Assembly (NCBI GenBank): GCA_026705025.1
Contig: JAPPBN010000030.1
Coordinates: 12,822 to 76,821, forward strand
DNA from: Chloroflexota bacterium
GTDB lineage: Bacteria > Chloroflexota > Dehalococcoidia > Bin125
Reading direction: 5' to 3'
DNA: 64,000 bases
This document shows, in pieces, positions 1 through 8,144 of the stretch (positions within the stretch are counted from its first letter, which is position 1; every line of letters starts with the position of its first letter). The notes beneath the pieces are model-generated. The model saw only the letters and a list, made by a program, of their open reading frames with translations. It was not told the DNA's origin and made no database searches. A program made the position numbers and the translations under genes.

Positions 1-3
1 TCG

Positions 4-1710
4 TCATAGGACGCTCCCGCCAAACTGGTGCTTCGCCGAGGTGATGGGATTGGGCGCCATCTGACCGAGGCCGCAGAGCGATCCCGCGGCAATCAACGGG
101 ATCAGCGCCTCAACGTCGGCCCAATTGCCTTCCGCGAGGGCGGCGGCCATTCGCCCTGAGCCCTCGCGGCAGGGCGTGCATTTCCCGCAAGACTCATTGG
201 CGTTGTACTCCGCCCAGACGGCGAGTGCGCGCTCAATCCCGAAGGATTGCGGGATGGCGATGATCCCGCCTGCGCCAAGCAGCGCGCCATGTCCATCCAT
301 TTGGCCGGGCGCAATCGGCGTGTCGAAGTGCTCAGGCGCGAGGAATCCGCCCGACGGGCCGCCCATGGTCACACCCGCCAGCGGTTCCGCCGGCTCGCCC
401 AATGCGACGATCTCCGAGACCGGCGTGCCCAACGGCAACTCGATCACTCCACGATTGCGGAAGGCCCCGCTGAGTTGGATCAGTTTGGTGCCGGGCATGC
501 CCTCCGCGCCCACTTCGCGGAACCAGTCCGGGCCGAACTCGAAGATGTCGGGAAGATTGGACAGGGTCTCGACGCTGTTGATCGCCGTCGGCCGTCCCCA
601 GAGTCCACGCTCGGTCGGATAGGGCGGTTTGAGTCGCGGCACGGCGCGGCGACCCTCGATTGACTCCAGGATCACCGACTCCTCGCCGCAAACGTACCCG
701 CCGGCGCCTCGTCGAATCTCGACAGTCAATCCATCCAACAATCCAGCCGTTTGGGCGGCAGCGATCGCTGCCGCAGCAGCCGAGGCAGAGCGGTCGGCCA
801 TGCCGTTGATATACCAGAACGCGTGCGGGGCGCCGAGCGCGTGACAGGCGATCCCGATTCCCTCAAGAATCCGCTGCGGATCCGACTCCATCAACCAGCG
901 ATCCTTGAAAGTTCCCGGCTCACCTTCTTCGCCGTTCGCGACGAGGTACGGCTGTCCGCTTCTCGAAGATGCATCAACCGCGCCGCCCCACTTGAGATGA
1001 ACGGGGAAGTAGGCGCCACCTCGGCCGAGCAGTCCCGCGCGCTCGACCAACGCCAACGACTCGGACCGACTCAGTCGCGTCGCGGCCCGCCAACCGCGCC
1101 AATCCGGCGGATCGGTTGTTCTCTTACCAGTCACTCGAGTCAATCCGCCAGGGACGGTTGCCCTGGCCGCATCGAAGACTGATTCGGCAACCGACGACTC
1201 AAGGCGGTCCGGTCCCGACACTGAGATTGGACTGTCGCTCGCGGCAGCGCAGAGGAACATGCACTCGTGATCGTCACCAACGCTCGCCGAGTCGCCTGCC
1301 GCAATCCGACACGGCAATCCTCGACAGACGCGCGTCGAATCCTCTGTCAGCGGACTCCAGCGAAACTCGGTGTAGCTGGTCGCGACAGCAAACAACTCCG
1401 CGCGTGGCATATGCACCCATTGCGCGACCTGCTCCAGAGCCTGGTGATCGAGATAGCCGTACACCTCGTCAACGATGTGAAGTGCAGGCAAGACCTGCGT
1501 TCGCTGACGAGGCAGCGCTGCCAACGCCAGCTGGAGTTCGCTCAGATGCGCCTCGGTTGCCGTCTCTGTGACCACGTCGTTCTTGCCCTTCACCCGGTTA
1601 AGTCGGCGATTGATCGCTCCCTGAGACGTGCTGGATACCATTCTAGATACCACTGCGGGAGGTCCCACGAGCGCGAGAAGTGAAGATGACCGAGCAATCG
1701 AATCTGCCAC
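4..1710 (-). CDS. NuoE/NuoF-type fused NAD(H)-binding Fe-S flavoprotein (NADH dehydrogenase subunit F / formate dehydrogenase beta-subunit family)
   Basis: 568-aa ORF. N-terminal NuoE-like part (LPALHIVDEVYGYL, VCRGLPC) followed by NuoF-type motifs GGAYFPVHLKWG, GEEGEPGTFKDR and ESCGKCTPCREG. Stop TGA at 4-6. Start uncertain: GTG 1710 overlaps the divergent gene; ATG 1641 is an alternative. Confidence 0.85.
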   Translation of the reverse strand: MADSIARSSSLLALVGPPAVVSRMVSSTSQGAINRRLNRVKGKNDVVTETATEAHLSELQLALAALPRQRTQVLPALHIVDEVYGYLDHQALEQVAQWVHMPRAELFAVATSYTEFRWSPLTEDSTRVCRGLPCRIAAGDSASVGDDHECMFLCAAASDSPISVSGPDRLESSVAESVFDAARATVPGGLTRVTGKRTTDPPDWRGWRAATRLSRSESLALVERAGLLGRGGAYFPVHLKWGGAVDASSRSGQPYLVANGEEGEPGTFKDRWLMESDPQRILEGIGIACHALGAPHAFWYINGMADRSASAAAAAIAAAQTAGLLDGLTVEIRRGAGGYVCGEESVILESIEGRRAVPRLKPPYPTERGLWGRPTAINSVETLSNLPDIFEFGPDWFREVGAEGMPGTKLIQLSGAFRNRGVIELPLGTPVSEIVALGEPAEPLAGVTMGGPSGGFLAPEHFDTPIAPGQMDGHGALLGAGGIIAIPQSFGIERALAVWAEYNANESCGKCTPCREGSGRMAAALAEGNWADVEALIPLIAAGSLCGLGQMAPNPITSAKHQFGGSVL

Positions 1711-2699
1711 GCTCCTACGAAGAAGCCCACCTCAAGGCGCGCCCGGCCAATCGCTATGGCCCCTCGTTCACGTTTCTCGGCGTGCCGCGAGCCAACCTGC
1801 GTCAACCGGAGACATTGGATGATGCCGGCGTGGTCATCCTCGGCGCTCCGTTCGACGCCGGCACCAGCTACCGACCCGGCGCCCGATTCGGACCGCAGGC
1901 GATCCGCTCGGCCGACTACATTCCCCACTCCGGCTACCGTCCACATCTGGGGCTCGGCGTCGATCCGTTGGGAGAACTGGGTGTCGTCGACGCCGGCGAC
2001 GTCAACATGCAGCAGCTGGACAGCGAGCCCAGCCTGCAACGCCTGATGGAAGCCTGCCGACAGGTCGCAGCCGCTGGCGCCATCCCCGTCGTTCTCGGCG
2101 GAGACCACACCATCACTTACGCGACCGCACAGGGAGTGGCCAAGCACCACGGATTCGGCCGCGTGGCGCTGATTCACTTCGACGCCCACGCCGACACCGG
2201 CGACTCCGACGGCGGACTCTGGGGTCACGGAACGCCGATGCGACGGCTCATCCTCAGCGGCGCGGTCCGCGGCGACCGATTCCTCCAGATCGGCCTGCGC
2301 GGCTACTGGCCCGACCCGCCAATCCTCGAGTGGATGGCCGACCAGCGCATGCGGTGGTTCGAAATGACCGAAGTGGTTCAGCGCGGACTCGACGACTGCC
2401 TCGACGAAGCGCTCGACATCGCCGCAGATGATTGCGATGGTGTGTTCCTGTCCGTCGATGTCGATGTGGTCGATCCCGGCATGGCGCCCGGCACCGGCAC
2501 GCCCGAGTCCGGCGGCCTCACCTCCCGCCAACTCCTCGACGCCGTCCGACGGATCGGCATGGAGTCCAACCTGCTCGGCATGGACGTGGTCGAAGTCGCG
2601 CCGCCCTATGACACGTCGGATGTCACGGCACTCCTCGCCAATCGAGTCGTGCTGGAGGCGCTCTCCGGAGTCGCCGTGCGGCGCAAGGGCGACGAATAG
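1680..2699 (+). CDS. agmatinase/arginase-family ureohydrolase
   Basis: 339 aa with ureohydrolase metal-binding motifs GGDHTITY, HFDAHADTG and SVDVDVVDPGMAPGTGTPESGG. Alternative ATG at 1686. Confidence 0.85.
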   Translation: MKMTEQSNLPRSYEEAHLKARPANRYGPSFTFLGVPRANLRQPETLDDAGVVILGAPFDAGTSYRPGARFGPQAIRSADYIPHSGYRPHLGLGVDPLGELGVVDAGDVNMQQLDSEPSLQRLMEACRQVAAAGAIPVVLGGDHTITYATAQGVAKHHGFGRVALIHFDAHADTGDSDGGLWGHGTPMRRLILSGAVRGDRFLQIGLRGYWPDPPILEWMADQRMRWFEMTEVVQRGLDDCLDEALDIAADDCDGVFLSVDVDVVDPGMAPGTGTPESGGLTSRQLLDAVRRIGMESNLLGMDVVEVAPPYDTSDVTALLANRVVLEALSGVAVRRKGDE

Positions 2700-2726
2700 C
2701 GCGGGATCTACAGCTAACCTGATCGC

Positions 2727-3740
2727 ATGACCTCTCCCAACGGCCAGATGAAGTTCGGCGTCCTGCAATTCTTCAGCTGGCCCGGACGTCGCGTGCCGCT
2801 GCCTACCGTCTACGAGCGCGCGCTCAACCGGATCGACATCATGGACGAGACCGGTTACGACTGCGTCTGGCTGGCCGAGCATCACTTCTCCACCTACTCC
2901 GTCTGTCCCTCCGTCCACCTGATGGGTATGCACGTCGCCGGACGCGCGAAGCAACTCCGCATCGGCACCGCCGTCACCCTCGCCTCCTTCTATCACCCGC
3001 TGCGCATCGCCGAGGAGGTCGCCCTGCTCGACATTCTCTCCGGCGGACGCGTCAACTGGGGCGCCGGCCGCGGCTTCGACCGCACCGAGTTCCGCGCCTT
3101 CGGCGTCGAATTCGAGGAGTCGTACCCACGCTTCCGCGAATCGGTCCAGGTCGTCATTGAGGCCTGGCGCCAGGAGCGAATCACCTGGCACGGCGACTAC
3201 TACGACTTCGACGAGATCGAGGTCCTGCCCAAGCCGTACCAGCAACCCACGCCGCCCTTCTGGGTCGCCGCCGGCGGTCCCGACGCCATCGACTGGGCCG
3301 CGAAACAGGGCTACTCGATCCTTATGGACCCGCACGCCACCCACGAAGAACTGGGTGACAAGCGCCGCAACTACTTCAAGGCGCTGGATCAATACGGTCA
3401 TCAGACCGAGGACCGTTCAATCCCCATGGCCCGCCTGATTGCCGTCGCCGAGACCGACGCGGAGGCCGAGCAGATCGCGATCAACGGCGCCCAGTGGACG
3501 ATCGGCTCCTACGCCAACGAAAAGGTCAGCGGCAACGCCAGTCCCGTCCGTCAGCTGTCCGACGACGAACGCATCGACCGCTATGCCAACCAGGTGGTGA
3601 TCCATGGCAGCGCCTCGAAGGTGATCGACCAGCTCGAAGAACTGCGAGAGACTATCGACCTCGACTACCTGATCGCCTCCCCCTTCTCCCACGACTCGTT
3701 CGTCCGCTTCACCAACGACGTCATGCCCCATTTTCAGTAG
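2727..3740 (+). CDS. LLM-class (luciferase-like) flavin/F420-dependent oxidoreductase
   Basis: 337 aa. MKFGVLQFF start region, WLAEHHF and GGRVNWGAGRG are typical of luciferase-like monooxygenases. Confidence 0.8.
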   Translation: MTSPNGQMKFGVLQFFSWPGRRVPLPTVYERALNRIDIMDETGYDCVWLAEHHFSTYSVCPSVHLMGMHVAGRAKQLRIGTAVTLASFYHPLRIAEEVALLDILSGGRVNWGAGRGFDRTEFRAFGVEFEESYPRFRESVQVVIEAWRQERITWHGDYYDFDEIEVLPKPYQQPTPPFWVAAGGPDAIDWAAKQGYSILMDPHATHEELGDKRRNYFKALDQYGHQTEDRSIPMARLIAVAETDAEAEQIAINGAQWTIGSYANEKVSGNASPVRQLSDDERIDRYANQVVIHGSASKVIDQLEELRETIDLDYLIASPFSHDSFVRFTNDVMPHFQ

Positions 3741-3768
3741 CCCGCAACGCGAAAGGGAAAGGACCGAC

Positions 3769-4626
3769 ATGTCCTACGAACTGATCACCGTCGAGCGCAA
3801 AGGCGATCACGACGGCATCATCTGGCTTGAGCTCAATCGTCCGGAAAAGCTCAACGCCCTGACCTTCCCGTTGCTCGCCGAAATGTACGACGCGCTGACG
3901 AGGATCCGGATGGATCGCACCGCGCGTGTCCTTGTGATCACCGGCAAGGGCCGCGGATTCTGCGCCGGCATGGATGCCGGCGGAGCCGGAGACGGACGCG
4001 GAACCGAGTTCTGGGATGACAACCCCGATCCGCTGCAGGGCGCGCCGGATTCCCCCAACTACACCGACAACGAAGGGCAGCGGCTCAACTTCCGCTACGA
4101 GACCAAGACCTTCGCCGAGCTGCGCCGCCTCGACATTCCCGTGATCGCCGGCGTCAATGGACCATGCGTTGGCGCAGGATTCGATATGGCATGTCTCTGC
4201 GACCTCCTCGTCGCCTCGACCAACGCCCGCTACCAGGTCGCCTACGTCAAGCGCGGTCTCTACGCCGACCTCGGCGGCTTCTGGGCCATCCCCAAGATCT
4301 TGGGATGGCGCAAGGCCATGGAGATGATGTTCACGGGACGCTTTATGACCGCCGAAGAAGGCCATGAAGCAGGCGTCAGCAACTACCTCGTCGAACCCGA
4401 AGCGTTCCGGGACAGGCTGATGGAGTTCGCGCAGGAAGTCGAAAACGGACCGCCCGTCGGCCAAAAGGTCGGCAAACTGATGGCCTACCGCACCGCGTAT
4501 CTCGACTACGAGTCCGCCCTCGAACTCTCCGGCGGAGTCCTGCCCCTCGTCACCGGTTCCTACGACCGCATCGAGGGAGGTACATCCTTCCGAGAACGCC
4601 GAGAACCAAAGTTCACCGGCTTCTAA
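3769..4626 (+). CDS. enoyl-CoA hydratase/isomerase (crotonase) family protein
   Basis: 285 aa. ITGKGRGFCAGMD and AGVNGPCVGAGFDMACLCD crotonase-fold motifs. Confidence 0.8.
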   Translation: MSYELITVERKGDHDGIIWLELNRPEKLNALTFPLLAEMYDALTRIRMDRTARVLVITGKGRGFCAGMDAGGAGDGRGTEFWDDNPDPLQGAPDSPNYTDNEGQRLNFRYETKTFAELRRLDIPVIAGVNGPCVGAGFDMACLCDLLVASTNARYQVAYVKRGLYADLGGFWAIPKILGWRKAMEMMFTGRFMTAEEGHEAGVSNYLVEPEAFRDRLMEFAQEVENGPPVGQKVGKLMAYRTAYLDYESALELSGGVLPLVTGSYDRIEGGTSFRERREPKFTGF

Positions 4627-4643
4627 GACCGCTCATAAGGAAC

Positions 4644-4691
4644 CAGACCTCCCCCTCCGGGGGAGGTGCCGCGAAGCGGCGGAGGGGGCCC
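4644..4691. repeat. REP family 1 (CCTCCCCC-N3-GGGGGAGG hairpin plus GCCGCG-AGCGGC tail)
   Basis: cagacctccccctccgggggaggtgccgcgaagcggcggagggggccc. About 42/48 nt identical to 37925-37972; the hairpin core recurs at 18727-18747. Confidence 0.8.
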
Positions 4692-4695
4692 ACCA

Positions 4696-4914
4696 ATGTG
4701 CCGCTCAATCAAACGCCTGCGCCAACCCGCCGGAATCGACCCAACCCAGGAAGAAATCGAACAGGCCGCCCGCCAGTTCGTCCGCAAGATCTCCGGGATC
4801 CAGCACCCCTCATCGAGAACCGAAGACGCCTTCCAGCAAGCCGTCAATGAAATCAGCCAGGTAGCAACAACACTCCTCCAGGACCTTCCGCCCCTCAAAC
4901 AACCCCGAGCCTGA
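4696..4914 (+). CDS. DUF2277-like small protein
   Basis: From ATG 4696: MCRSIKRLRQP...EEIEQAARQFVRKISG, matching my recollection of the DUF2277 N-terminus (MCRxI..L ... YVRKVSG). The first 10 codons of the tracked ORF (4666) are the translation of a REP element. Confidence 0.7.
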   Translation: MCRSIKRLRQPAGIDPTQEEIEQAARQFVRKISGIQHPSSRTEDAFQQAVNEISQVATTLLQDLPPLKQPRA

Positions 4915-4920
4915 CGCTCC

Positions 4921-4997
4921 CGCCACCCCCTCCCGACGCCCCGTCACCCCTTCTTATGCCCGTGCCCTCTCTCGATGCCCCGTGCTTGACACGGGGC
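4921..4997 (+). repeat. degenerate ~21-nt tandem units (CCGATGCCCCGCAC-like) ending in a hairpin
   Basis: Units cccgacgccccgtcac / ttatgcccgtgccc / cgatgccccgtg, then hairpin gccccgtg-cttga-cacggggc (4977-4997) followed by ccagaccgcgatc. Same architecture at 32789-32880. Confidence 0.7.
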
Positions 4998-5091
4998 CCA
5001 GACCGCGATCACAAAGCGCAGCCAGACAGTAACCCTCGCCTCAGCTCCTCACGAACCACTACCCTCCCCGACCCATCGCGGGATACAATCA

Positions 5092-5103
5092 GAACATAAG
5101 TAC
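5092..5103. promoter_or_regulatory. GAAC-N4-GTAC dyad (LexA/Cheo-box-like operator candidate)
   Basis: tcaGAACATAAGTACac lies 26 nt upstream of ATG 5129. A near-identical site sits upstream of the paralog at 55866-55877. Confidence 0.35.
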
Positions 5104-5128
5104 ACACTCCCAAACAAGGAGCATCCCA

Positions 5129-5431
5129 ATGCCAAACCCCTACCACTTCCGAGCCAACATCGATCGGCTCTGGCGACAGGCCAACAGCAACGTCGCCGCC
5201 TACCGCCGCCTCAATGCCCTCGACATGGTCGTCCGAGAACTCTTCGCCCCCAACGAACGCGCCCGCCTCAACTATCAGCGCTACCTCGCCACCGACCCCT
5301 ACGACGTCGCCCGCCACCTCCTCCGCGACCTCTACGACCGCCCCGGTCCCATGATCCTCGCCGGCGAAGACTCCCTTCCAGTCTCTTTCGCAGAGGAAGA
5401 GGCCAACGAAGAAGACGCCGACCCGTTGTAG
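5129..5431 (+). CDS. hypothetical small protein with acidic C-terminal tail (paralog A)
   Basis: 100 aa, MPNPYHFRANIDRLWRQ...ends EEEANEEDADPL. Clear paralog of 55901-56215 at protein and DNA level. Followed by a T-rich tract. Confidence 0.65.
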   Translation: MPNPYHFRANIDRLWRQANSNVAAYRRLNALDMVVRELFAPNERARLNYQRYLATDPYDVARHLLRDLYDRPGPMILAGEDSLPVSFAEEEANEEDADPL

Positions 5432-5558
5432 TCGCCAACTTCATCTCTTTTTCCCGCCCGTTTTTTTTCTCACAGGCCTCGCACCGCTGTCGGCCCCGTC
5501 CTGCCCTACGCTGAGCATGGCTCCCAGACACGACCCGGCGTCTGAAAGGCAATGCATC

Positions 5559-6725
5559 ATGACCACCTTCCAGCTCTCCGAAGCCGACCGCATGGTCCAG
5601 CAGACCGCTCACGACTTCGCCGCCAGGGAGGTGCGCCCCGTCGCCATGGAGTACGACGAGCGCAACGAATTCGCCTGGGATGTCGCAGCCAAGGCCGCCG
5701 AGATTGGTCTCACCGGCGTGCCGCTTGGTGGACTTTCGGCCGAGCCCGGCATCACCGCAATGATCACGGCCGAAGAGCTGAGCTGGGGCTGCGCCGGGAT
5801 CGCCCTGGGCACGCAGGTCTCTGGCCTCGCCGCGACGGCCATCTCGGTGATCGGCACGCCGGAGCAGAACGAGCGCTGGCTGCCCGAGTGCACCTCCGAC
5901 GACGGCAATCTGCGTCTCGGCGCGCTCGCCCTGACCGAGCCCGACGCCGGCTCCGACGCTGCGATGATCAAGACCCGCGCTGTCCGCGATGGCGACGAAT
6001 ACGTGCTCAACGGCACCAAGCGGTTCATCACCGGCGGAGGCATTGCCGACATCACTGTTGTCTTCGCCCGCGAATCCGACTCCGAGGGCTGGCGCGACGT
6101 CTCCGCCTTCGTCGTGCCCAAGGAGGCCGAGGGATTCTCCCAGATCAAGATGTGGGACAAGATGGGCATTCGCGCCTCGCACACCGCCGACCTGGCCTTT
6201 GATGACGTGCGTATTCCCCTGGAGAACCGCCTCGGCGACCCCGACCCCGACTTTCGTTCCGGCGGTCGTGGCGCCCTCGGCACCCTCGCAGCGACCCGTC
6301 CCTGGATTGGCGCCTTCGCCGTCGGCCTGGCCCGCGCCTCCTTCGAATACGCCGCTGCCTACGCCCGCGAACGCAAGACGATGAAACGCCCGTTAATCGA
6401 GCACCAGGGCGTCGGCTTCATGCTCGCCGACATGGACATCGCCATTGACGCTGCTCGCCTACTCACCTGGCGAGCCGGCGAGATGGCCGCCTCGAATGAG
6501 CCGTTCGACCTCGAGGAAGCGAGCAAGGCCAAGACCTTTGCTTCCGACATGGCAATGAAAGTCACCACCGACGCCGTCCAGGTCTGTGGCGGCGTTGGAT
6601 TCATGCGGGAACTCCCGCTCGAGAAGTGGATGCGAGACGCCAAGATCTTCCAGATCTTCGAAGGCGCCAATCAGATCCAGCGAATGGTCATCGCCCGCAA
6701 CATCCAGAATCGGTACTTCGCCTAG
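5559..6725 (+). CDS. acyl-CoA dehydrogenase
   Basis: ACAD architecture from MTTFQLSEADRMVQQTAHDFA. ALTEPDAGSD, GTKRFITGG and C-terminal IFEGANQIQRMVIAR motifs. ATG 5559 chosen with GAAAGG upstream. Confidence 0.9.
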   Translation: MTTFQLSEADRMVQQTAHDFAAREVRPVAMEYDERNEFAWDVAAKAAEIGLTGVPLGGLSAEPGITAMITAEELSWGCAGIALGTQVSGLAATAISVIGTPEQNERWLPECTSDDGNLRLGALALTEPDAGSDAAMIKTRAVRDGDEYVLNGTKRFITGGGIADITVVFARESDSEGWRDVSAFVVPKEAEGFSQIKMWDKMGIRASHTADLAFDDVRIPLENRLGDPDPDFRSGGRGALGTLAATRPWIGAFAVGLARASFEYAAAYARERKTMKRPLIEHQGVGFMLADMDIAIDAARLLTWRAGEMAASNEPFDLEEASKAKTFASDMAMKVTTDAVQVCGGVGFMRELPLEKWMRDAKIFQIFEGANQIQRMVIARNIQNRYFA

Positions 6726-6769
6726 CCCCAAATGGTTCGGCTGGCGAAACACTGACTGTTCCCTACATA

Positions 6770-6781
6770 GAACAGGCGTGC
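6770..6781. promoter_or_regulatory. GAAC-N4-GTGC dyad (operator candidate)
   Basis: cataGAACAGGCGTGCc, 34 nt upstream of ATG 6815. The core AACAGGCGT recurs inverted at 7203-7214. Confidence 0.3.
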
Positions 6782-6814
6782 CGTCTACATTGTGCGCATT
6801 GGAGCGGAAGCACG

Positions 6815-7114
6815 ATGGCGGTCTTCAATACGGCACGATTGCTGGACATTCTCGTACGAGGCCGCTTTGCCGCTCCCGAGCCAGCCACCGAGTTCGTCAC
6901 AGAGCTCGAAGACCAGATGAGCGACGCGCTGACGGCATATCCCACCAACGATCAAGTGAACCTGGGGTTCGAGCGTGTCCTTCGGGCCATCGCGGAGCTA
7001 GACGTCCGCCGAGCTGAGATGGAAGCTCGCCAGGCCCGACACGTCAATCAAGCAGACGGAATTCTGCTCGCCGGTCTCGCCCTGGCGGTGGGGATCATTC
7101 TCGGCTTCGGGTGA
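6815..7114 (+). CDS. small tail-anchored membrane protein (DUF1640-like architecture)
   Basis: 99 aa, MAVFNTARLLDILVRGRF...coiled region...C-terminal TM ILLAGLALAVGIILGFG. Tandem paralog of 7249-7527. Confidence 0.6.
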   Translation: MAVFNTARLLDILVRGRFAAPEPATEFVTELEDQMSDALTAYPTNDQVNLGFERVLRAIAELDVRRAEMEARQARHVNQADGILLAGLALAVGIILGFG

Positions 7115-7202
7115 GCCAGATGGTCATCCGCATGGGCTGGCCGTGGCACGACTCCAACTCCACTGCCGTTTGCTCCTTGGAAGAGCCAGGGTTTTCTATC
7201 TA

Positions 7203-7214
7203 GAACGCCTGTTT
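7203..7214. promoter_or_regulatory. GAAC-N4-GTTT dyad (operator candidate)
   Basis: tctaGAACGCCTGTTTgg followed by TATGAT, 35 nt upstream of ATG 7249. Confidence 0.3.
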
Positions 7215-7248
7215 GGGGTATGATGTGGAAATCGTTTGGGGTGAACGT

Positions 7249-7527
7249 ATGGCAGTGTTCAATACATCGCGTCTGCGGGATGTTCTGGTCCGAGGACGGA
7301 TAGCCGATGATCGGACGGCCACAGACTTCGTAGAAGAGCTGAACTCACAGACCGAAGAGGCACTCTCGGCCTACGCGCCTCAAGAACAGGTGGGACTGGC
7401 GTTCGAGCGACTGTTGCGCGCGGTTGCCGAGGCGGAAGCGAGACAGGCCAGGCATCTCAATCGAGCCGTCGGAATACTGTTGCTCGGCCTGGCGCTCGCC
7501 GTTGGTATCGTGCTTGGCGTTGGATAA
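7249..7527 (+). CDS. small tail-anchored membrane protein (DUF1640-like architecture)
   Basis: 92 aa, MAVFNTSRLRDVLVRGRI...C-terminal TM ILLLGLALAVGIVLGVG. Paralog of the preceding gene. Confidence 0.6.
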   Translation: MAVFNTSRLRDVLVRGRIADDRTATDFVEELNSQTEEALSAYAPQEQVGLAFERLLRAVAEAEARQARHLNRAVGILLLGLALAVGIVLGVG

Positions 7528-7545
7528 CTTGCGGCTGTTGGTTGT

Positions 7546-7656
7546 CTAGAACGCGCCCGCCCAGGCCAGAATCGTCCAGACGACCATGGCCACGAAACCG
7601 GCGCCCAGCAGCAACTGGAATAGAATCAGACTCTCGGCGGGGCCTCTCTTGGGCAT
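7546..7656 (-). CDS. hypothetical 36-aa membrane peptide
   Basis: ATG 7656 preceded by GGAGG. MPKRGPAESLILFQLLLGAGFVAMVVWTILAWAGAF has one hydrophobic helix. Confidence 0.4.
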   Translation of the reverse strand: MPKRGPAESLILFQLLLGAGFVAMVVWTILAWAGAF

Positions 7657-7684
7657 GGTCAACCTCCGAGAGACAGGGTAATCG

Positions 7685-8029
7685 ATGCTCGAATTGGCGG
7701 TCTTTGAGGACCTTGCCGAACTGCGTGACGCGGTGTTGATTCTGGCCGGAATCGGCGGCTGTGTCGTGGCGTTGCTATTCCTCGCTGCCGCGGTCAAATT
7801 CTCGCTCGTGGCCTATCGGATCGTGCGGCGGCTCGAGCGCTTTCACGAGCGCCGGATCGCAGGCAACGTTGCGGCCGCCGACGCGAAGCTCGCTGCTTGG
7901 CTGGAGGAGGATCGCTGGTCGGTTCGAGGCGTCCTCGAGGTGCTGCAGCTCGCTGCGCAACAAGTACAGGCCCGGCGCAACCCGCCGCCGAAGAAGCGGC
8001 GTCTGTTCGGACTGCTGCCTCCCGCGTAG
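7685..8029 (+). CDS. hypothetical membrane protein
   Basis: 114 aa with one TM (ILAGIGGCVVALLFLAAAV), codon usage like neighbours, no recognisable family. Confidence 0.45.
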   Translation: MLELAVFEDLAELRDAVLILAGIGGCVVALLFLAAAVKFSLVAYRIVRRLERFHERRIAGNVAAADAKLAAWLEEDRWSVRGVLEVLQLAAQQVQARRNPPPKKRRLFGLLPPA

Positions 8030-8144
8030 CATCGGCTGCCGCCGGATGATTGTTGTCTCCGCTACAGCGCTCGCCTAGCATGATCGCCAGCCGCGCCAGA
8101 CCGCGCGGCATGTTGGATCCGCACAACCTGGGAAGGAAACCGCC

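Noticed and set aside
1590-3401. 603-aa minus-strand ORF, plus similar long ORFs such as 5268-6182, 8556-9563, 15574-16281, 20528-21352, 29621-30610, 31040-32029, 40235-41338 and 45502-46614.
   Set aside because: They lie antisense to, or out of frame with, genes that have clear family motifs. They are Arg/Pro/Gly/Ala-rich with no motifs. These are typical shadow ORFs of GC-rich DNA.
7541-7556. TCTAGAACGCGCCCG as a further LexA-like box.
   Set aside because: The second half-site is absent, and the sequence is simply the stop-codon region of the 36-aa minus-strand ORF.
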